This document shows, piece by piece, positions 56,255 through 64,000 of a stretch of DNA of 64,000 nucleotides. Each line of letters begins with the position of its first letter. Within the stretch, counting starts at the first letter, position 1. The notes below the pieces were generated by a model. That model worked only from the letters and a program-made list of their open reading frames with translations. It did no database searches and was not told the origin of the DNA. Made by a program: the position numbers and the translations under genes. The stretch is from Eledone cirrhosa (taxonomy: Eukaryota), in assembly GCA_964016885.1 (NCBI GenBank), contig OZ024753.1:40672001-40736000 (forward strand). Direction: 5' to 3'.

Positions 56255-56992
56255 TGTAATACAATAACAAATAACGAAATGAGAGTGTTCTCAGGTTATA
56301 ATCAGTGTATTTGTTGTTGGAGATAGCTGTCGCTAACATTGAAGATATTGAAACAAATATTTCTGCTGAGTCGACATGACGAAGCAACTTCGTTCGTAAT
56401 AAAACGGGATTTTTTATTTCTTTATTTGAATCGCTAAAAATATATATATTTAGCTATGTCTACACTCTGAATTACGAGAGTGTTTATATACAAACATAAA
56501 TAGCTATGTAAATACACTCACACATTCACAGACACACATACACACACTAACTCAAACGCGCACACATATATGCGCACAGATGCACACACATGCACACACA
56601 TGCACATATATATATGTCTGTGTGCGTGTGCGTGTGTGTGTTTTGTGTGGGTCTGTGTCTATGTTTGTGTGTGAGTGTTTGTGTCTATGTTTCTGTGTGA
56701 GTATGTGTGTGTATGTATATATACATACAAGCATTTGAAGAACAATACATTAGTTTCTTATTTGAGAGCCAAATCAGGGGAGGATTCAACATTAGGTAAC
56801 CATTGCAAGGACTTTATATCATCAGTGGCATATCCTCCTCCCAGAGAAAGCTCCATGCGATGTTTTGAAGCTCGAAATCTTCAGGAAATAAATCTTCTAG
56901 CTGTCATACGTTTCCAGAAAAGTTCAGTTTCCTCAATCTTTTATACTTACTCAAATGTGTATCACATTACAGCTAGGATTATATTCACTCCT

Positions 56993-57181
56993 CGGTGGAT
57001 TGGCAGTATCGGTAGAGGGTCGGACGCCATGTTTGCAGCAAAGAGTTACAGCCCTTGCCATTCTGAGTTCAAATCCCGCCGAGGTTAACTTTGCCTTTCA
57101 TCCTTACGGGGTTCATAAAATAAAGTACCAGTAATACTCTGAGATAATTGCTGGCCTTGTGCCAAAAGTAGAAACAATTAT
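56993..57181 (+). mobile_element. tRNA-derived SINE
   Basis: Full-length consensus match; a further SINE head follows at about 57196. Confidence 0.9.
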
Positions 57182-57983
57182 AATCGGCCCCTCAAGGGTG
57201 GTGGATTGGCAGTAGAAACAGTAGAGCGCCGGATAATATACTTCACGATATATAGTCATGTCTCTTTAATAAAATATAGCATCAGACCATATTGGTTTTC
57301 ATTCTTCTATCTGTATGTCTGAATCGCAATTTCTGTTAAGAAGCAAGCGGCAATACTTGTTAAATTTATTTTATTTACCCCCCGCTATGTTATCAAAGAG
57401 GGCTACCAAGTGATTGTAGGGATAGATATATTCGACAACCACATGGCAAAGTTTACACCAATAATAGCATCTCAATCTAATTATATCTCTTTTACATTGT
57501 AACTTTAAATCATGCCATATTTCCCAAATACACACAACGCAAGCAAACTAACAATAAATTTGAACTTAAGATCTAATTATCTGGTATTTTACATTTTCAA
57601 TATCATATGTGTAGTCTCACCCACGGCAGTTTTTACTAGTACAAGATTAGTCCAACAAACAAATATATCTGCTAAGTTCAGGTGGACTCCAACTACTCGA
57701 CATTTACAGCAACGCATTGACCAATTAATTTAAACAACTACCTACGTTTACACTTGTAGTGTTAAATTTGAACTTTGCTCTTTGCTATATACTTTAACAA
57801 GACGCTGTATATTTCTACTTTGAAATTTCACAGATGCACTACCTTCAAGCTATTTTTCACTATGTAAGACCTATACTAGAAACAGACATACAAATTGCAC
57901 ACAAATAGGTGTGGAATATAGTGTATCATACCACATACACACACACAAACACACATATATATGTACATATAAATAGCCCCTCA

Positions 57984-58024
<41 letters not shown>

Positions 58025-58090
58025 TCGTGAAAGGTCTGATATTTTGAATTTAACATTAAAAATATGTAGTTTTCAAACATATATATATAC

Positions 58091-58190
<100 letters not shown>

Positions 58191-58306
58191 TGTACCTATA
58201 TATGCATGTATGCATGTGTTTGTGTTTATGAGTGAATGGCAACTCATTCACAGCTGTAAACAAATATATATGAGTTTAAATTCGTTAGGAAATTTGAAAT
58301 TTAGTG

Positions 58307-58367
<61 letters not shown>

Positions 58368-58392
58368 GCCGATATTACTTCTTGTTATTTTA

Positions 58393-58437
58393 ATTGCCCT
58401 GATGAGTCTTTAATAGGACGAAACATTGTCGGCTAAT
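58393..58437 (+). ncRNA. Canonical minimal type I hammerhead (family I) in TA-flanked element 58366-58585
   Basis: ATTGCC-CTGATGA-GTCT-ttaata-GGAC-GAAA-C-att-GTC-GGCTAAT; canonical G10.1-C11.1 pair and GUC cleavage triplet. Confidence 0.85.
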
Positions 58438-58580
58438 AAAGACTTTTGATGTTTTGAAGGCTTCTTTGTTTTACTCTCTTAATTTTTCGGCTCTGTTTAA
58501 CTACATTGAGCTATACTTTTTACTGTCATTTCTATAATACGAAGAGGGTGTTTAACTCCAACACGCTCCAGTATTTTTAC

Positions 58581-58624
<44 letters not shown>

Positions 58625-58818
58625 GTATGTATGTCAACATTCATCGTGTATACGAAGCCGATATCTCGGACTTTTACGAATCGCTGAGAAGGTAAAGTTA
58701 ATTATGTGCTCATGCATGGAGCTGCTAAATAGCTTATAAAATGAGATGAAGACCATTAAAGACGGAAAAAGAAGTTGCCATACATATATATATATATAAC
58801 TCCACCTGTCCCATCAAT

Positions 58819-58846
58819 CTGATGAAGGAGTAGCGTCCGAAACGTT
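58819..58846 (+). ncRNA. Minimal hammerhead core (family H)
   Basis: CTGATGA-a-GGA-gtagcg-TCC-GAAA-CGTT; the 5' strand of stem I is missing. Confidence 0.65.
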
Positions 58847-58931
58847 AAGACCCTTTCCTGCTATTTCAATCGTTAACCTAATATATTCCTTCCATATACT
58901 CTACCGATTGTGTTATTTATGTTTACCTTTT

Positions 58932-58994
<63 letters not shown>

Positions 58995-58999
<5 letters not shown>

Positions 59000-59330
59000 A
59001 TACTTTTGGGAGGGTCATGTTGCCAATAAGAAACACACGCACCAGATGCTTTCACTTCAATTTATTATAAATTAAATTTATAAATTTAGGAATTTATAAA
59101 TTTCCGGTTGGTTGGTTCCACAACCAGACGATTGTTCATATATTGTCAAAGTTCTTTCGTCACACATTCTGTGACCTCTTCAGTGACTGGAGATTATTTT
59201 CTTTGTTTTTGTGCCTCTCCTTTGTTCTGTCCTACGCCATCTTGTTTTTGTGTGTGACCCTCCCAAAGTATAACAATATCGGTTTCAACACACGTTTTCA
59301 GATAAAGAATCTTGCTAAACAAATTCAGAA
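58995..59330 (-). mobile_element. Family E element with hammerhead at 59145-59187
   Basis: Reverse complement: GTCA-CTGAAGA-g-GTCACA-gaatg-TGTGAC-GAAA-GAAC-TT-TGAC; the ~24-bp terminus is repeated in inverted orientation at 59255-59279. Confidence 0.85.
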
Positions 59331-59488
59331 ACGAAATATTTTAATAAATATATATATATATATATAGTTATGTAATAAACAACATGAGATAATTATGTTG
59401 TTTATTACATAACTAAAAGCCAGTGTAGCCTACGGAAACACTTCATATATATATATATATATTGCGCGCTCTCTCTCTCTCCCTCTCT

Positions 59489-59537
<49 letters not shown>

Positions 59538-60687
59538 AGCTATAACGAATTTGATCCTAAACAATAACAAAACCAACACGAGTGTCTGCGACAGATTTAT
59601 TTTAAATACTGTAGCAGGTGGGTGAAAGGACAACTTGATTGTGATGGTAACTAGTTTTTCTAGGTAATACGTACATTAACTCTAGCAAATTAAAGTGGGA
59701 ATCGAAACCAGGAAAGCCAATGCCTAAATATAACGAAGTCCCCACCGCCACTGCTTTCTAGTTTCACTTTCTACTTTCACTTTCTACTTTCACTTTCACA
59801 CTTAATAGCAAATTCCCACTACAGATGGTCATTATTATTGAAGGACTGATTATTCATTAGGTGGGTTTCTTTTGTTTTATTTTATTTGAAATTCCATTCT
59901 GTTCATTACCGTCTCCCTCTCTCTCTCTACCCCCTCTGGTTCTCTCACTTTCGCATTCTTTTTCGCACTCTCCCTCATTTTGTTTTTTTTGTCTGTTTCT
60001 TCTCCTTTATTTATTCTAACTCTCAGTCTCTCTTTCTCTTTCTCTCTACCCCTCTCTTTTTCGCTCTCTCTCTCTCTCTCTCCCCCTAGGGCCTCTCTTT
60101 CTCTCTCTCCACACGCCTATCTTTCACTCTCCCATTCTTTCTCTCTCACACCCTCCTTTATGTTCTTCTCTGTCTCTTCTCCTTTATTTCTCCCCGCTCT
60201 CTCCTTGCTCTCGTCTCAGTTCAGTTCTATCATACAATACCCATGTCTTCTTCAACCAATTCTTCAATATCTTCTCTTTTATGCTTCTTCTCCTTCTACT
60301 TTACTACAGTCTTGTCAATGACGATCAGGTCTTTGCTGTTATTGCTTTTTTTTCCCTCTCTCTCCAAGACTAAATTCACTAGCAAGTCGTTTGTTGCTTG
60401 AACGACGTTGCCAACGTAAAAGTAGATTAACGATTCATTCAGAAGAGTGTAAGAAGCAAGGGGGAGAATTCTTACCGTGGCTGCTGGTGTAATGCCAATA
60501 TACTTCGACATTTTCTTCTCTCCCACTCCTACTTATTCCAATTTTCTTCTCCCCCTTCCTTCTCCACATACCTCACCATCATCGTCTTTGTCTTCTGTGT
60601 TTTTTCTCTTCTTCATCTTCATTCTTCCGTAACTTTTATTTATTTATTTGTTTATTTACTTATTTATTATTATTATTGTTGTTGTTG

Positions 60688-60719
<32 letters not shown>

Positions 60720-60807
60720 TTACATATTTCATCATTGTGCCTCTCTTAGTGTCTCTCCTCGTGTCATATTTATATTTCATACGAGTTAGCAGTTATTACA
60801 AGCCCCG

Positions 60808-61770
60808 ACGTCGTCGTTGTTGCCGTCATCGTCATCACCATCATCATCGTCGTCATTATCATCATCAACATTATCATCATCAACATCATCATCATCGTCG
60901 TCATCATCATCATCGTTATCACCATATTCATCCTCATCATCGTCATCATCATCTTTATCACTATTGTCGCCACCACCATCATCATCATCATCATCATCCG
61001 GCGGCCTCAGCCAAAATGGACTCAACAATTGATCTCCACGTGGGTCTGTCGTTCATTGCTAAGTCCTGGATTTCAATACCAAAATCTCTGGAGATGACAT
61101 CGGGGTAGGAGAGCTTGTGCCCCCTGTTATTAGTGACTGCTTGTGGTTTCCAAAGCACTAATGGGGACACAGTCTCATAGGTGACACGATGGCAGTGTCC
61201 AGCAAATCAGGATAGGAGAGCTTGCGCCCCCTGTTATTAGTGACTGCTTGTGGTTTCCAAAGCACTAATGGGGACACAGCCTCGTAGGTGACACGATGGC
61301 AGTGTCCAGCAAATCAGGATAGGAGAGCTTGCGCCCCCTGTTATTAGTGACTGCTTGTGGTTTCCAAAGCACTAATAGAGACACAGCCTCATAGGTGACA
61401 CGATGGCAGTGTCCAGCAAATCAGGATAGGAGAGCTTGCGCCCCCTGTTATTAGTGACTGCTTGTGGTTTCCAAAGCACTAATGGGGACACAGTCTCATA
61501 GGTGACACGATGGCAGTGCCCAGCAAATCAGGATAGGAGAACTTGCGCCCCCTGTTATTAGTGACTGCTTGTGGTTTCCAAAGCCCTAATGGGGACACAG
61601 CCTCATAGGTGGCACGATGGTAGTGGCCAGCAAATCTTACTCTCCTTTTACGTACAACGACAGATATGCGTGGGAGGTCGGCATATATCTCTCTCAAAGG
61701 CAGATGTCACTAGCTTATGTCTGAATGCGTTGAAGCAGGCGAGTGTAGGTGCCATCAAGGTGCTTTTGTT
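60808..61770 (-). mobile_element. RTE-like LINE 3' end with internal 107-bp tandem amplification and expanded (TGA)n tail
   Basis: Reads HLDGTYTRLL...RRVRFAGHYHR...RGRKFSYPD and, after about 5 repeats (GAGCTT at 61111, 61218, 61325, 61432, variant at 61539), YPDVISRD...DRPTWRSIV...AAG*; the tail grades into the ATC tract 60808-60998. Confidence 0.85.
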
Positions 61771-61911
61771 GTTTGGATGAAAGCGTCCATTGTTCACTTC
61801 CATATAGCAAGATTGGTTTAAATATACCCATGAAACGCCGTATGTCACTATGAAGCCGCAATGTCACTCCTGGGATTCTTCTTCTACGTCGTCATCATTG
61901 CCTTTGCTAGT

Positions 61912-62063
61912 TCAAATCTGAGTTCAAATTCCGCCGAGGTTAACTTTGCCTTTCATCCTTACGGGGTCGATAAAGTAAAGTACCAGTCACGCACTGGGGT
62001 CGATTTAATCAACTTTCCCCTCTCCCAAAATTGTTGGCCTTGTGCCTATATAAGAAACAATTA
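61912..62063 (+). mobile_element. 5'-truncated tRNA-derived SINE
   Basis: B-box and central domain present. Confidence 0.85.
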
Positions 62064-62164
62064 TTTGCTTTTATATCAATATCTGCAATAAAGTTATTCA
62101 TTGAATTTCTCTCTGTGTTATTTGTTTGATCGAATGTATATTTATGTATATATGCATTTGTGTG

Positions 62165-62204
<40 letters not shown>

Positions 62205-62205
<1 letters not shown>

Positions 62206-62290
62206 TTATTAAAATAACAGATTAAAGTTTAAGCAAAGAATCGCTGATTTCACCCTTAACGGGATCTTCTGAAACTAACAAAGTCAATCT
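62205..62290 (-). mobile_element. Family B fragment with CAGAAGA hammerhead-like motif
   Basis: Reverse complement: AGTTT-CAGAAGA-TCCCGTTAAGGGT-GAAA-TCA...TGC-TT-AAACT. Confidence 0.8.
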
Positions 62291-62340
62291 GTAAACGCAG
62301 AAGTGAATATTTCAAAAAACGTTGCAACCGGAGGAAGACG

Positions 62341-62404
<64 letters not shown>

Positions 62405-62456
62405 CATATATATATATATACATATGTGCGTGTGTGCAAGTATTTGTATATATGTA

Positions 62457-62554
<98 letters not shown>

Positions 62555-63326
62555 TGTGTCTTTATGCATGTATGTGTGTGTATATATTATGTATGTACGT
62601 ATGTATATGTGTGTGTGCACGTATCTGTATATGTACACGTGTGTTTGTATACACGTGTGTATATGTGTATGAATATGTATATATATATATATATGTATAT
62701 ATGTTTGTGTGTGTGTGTATGTGTTTGCGTTTGTGTGTGTATATATTATGTATGTATATGCGTGTGTGTATGCATGTATTTGTATACGTACACATGTGTG
62801 TATGTACGAATATGTTTGTATATATGTATGTCTTTCTGATTTTTGTTTTTTGTGTTATTGTTGTTGTTTAGTAGTTGCTGTTGCTGTAGTTTTTGTAGTT
62901 GTTGTAGTTGTTGTTTTATTTGTTTGTTGTAATGTTTCTGCATTAGTGTTGGGTATGCATGCCATCTGCTGTTACATTGCAATTTATCACTGATCTGAAA
63001 TTGTTCTGAGTTGAAGAGAAGCATTCTTGTTTATGAAACATGGGAAACGGGGAAAGAACGAAAGAGAGAAAGTAGTAGAATGGAATTTACTCCGCCCACC
63101 ATAATTCCATTAAGCTTTACGTAGTCACTTGACCTGCTAGAGATAACAACTAAATTTCCTTTAGATCAGGTCATGTTATCGGTATTTTCCTTTTTTTTTT
63201 TTTTTTTTTTTTTCTTTGATAAATACATATAAAAATGTAGACTGAAATATAAAGACTGGATGGTCATGCCTGACACCTTTTCTAACAAAGGGTTACTCTA
63301 TCAAGAACGCCTTGGATCTAAACAAC

Positions 63327-63520
63327 AATAATTGTATCTACTTTTGGCACAAGGCCAGCAAAAATACCCAGTGTATTACTGGTACTTTATTTTATCGATC
63401 CCGTAACGATGAAAGGCAGAGTTAACTTCGGCGATATTTGAACTCAGAATGGCAAGAGCCGTAACTCTATGCGTGAAAGCATGGCACCCGACCCTCTACC
63501 GATACTGCCAATCCACCGCC
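63327..63520 (-). mobile_element. tRNA-derived SINE
   Basis: Full-length consensus match. Confidence 0.9.
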
Positions 63521-63601
63521 TATTAATAATAATAAATAATGCAATCACACAGATGTTTCACAATCGAAATATTCTGAATCTAGAAAGGAATCCCAATGTG
63601 A

Positions 63602-63810
63602 TCTTCTTCTTCGCCCATATATTCCTGAGAGGGTCGTGAGAAGTCAGGGTCTTCAAACACTTCTTCTAGTAGGTCCTGTCGGAAGCTACCGTATCCAACT
63701 GATCCGGCTGAATCCCCAAGCGTGACCAGCCAAGCTCATGTATGTTATCCAACCATCTTACTCTAGATCAGCCCCTGCCACTCCTGGGGTTAGTTTTGCC
63801 CCGGATTTGA
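63602..63810 (-). mobile_element. Decayed RTE LINE 3' end with (GAA)n tail
   Basis: Translates RG*SRVRWLDNIHELGWSRLGIQPDQLDTVASDRTY*..., an RTE C-terminal pattern with stops. Confidence 0.7.
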
Positions 63811-64000
63811 GACAGACTTTAGACATAAACATTGAATGAACGTGTTAATTTGGCTAGGAAGAGTAGAGAGTATCTTTCTGAAGGCTGATTAAGGTGTATA
63901 CTAGGAGTAGTTGTAAGGTTTGAGGACAATGTTTTTCCTTTAGGAATATGCCCCTATCAAATGATTTAAGTACCACTTAAGGCCGATCATGAGGCCTCTC

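Noticed and set aside
60737-61108. His-rich and Asp-rich ORFs
   Set aside because: Derived from the expanded (TGA)n tail of the adjacent LINE fragment.

Overview
AT-rich, microsatellite-saturated non-coding eukaryotic DNA (intronic or intergenic). The SINE and LINE content suggests a coleoid cephalopod such as Octopus; this is inference, not a database hit. No intact host gene can be supported, and nearly all listed ORFs are artefacts of (TA)n, (CA)n, (CT)n and minisatellite tracts. The window contains about 20 full or partial copies of one tRNA-derived SINE, short 3' remnants of several non-LTR retrotransposon clades (RTE-like, Tx1/L1-like, CRE-like, R4-like), and large 24-bp, 24-bp, 28-bp and 40-bp minisatellites. 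The most interesting content is at least 8 distinct families of short (about 100-450 bp) elements sitting in (TA)n tracts that carry type I hammerhead-ribozyme folds, about 20 motifs in total. These show compensatory stem changes between copies, non-canonical cores (e.g. a fixed CAGAAGA), and frequent inverted-duplication architecture. They are best interpreted as 3' ends (pseudo-LTR remnants) of microsatellite-targeting Penelope-like retroelements or their non-autonomous derivatives. Family letters are my own labels. Element boundaries were read by eye and may be off by a few bases.
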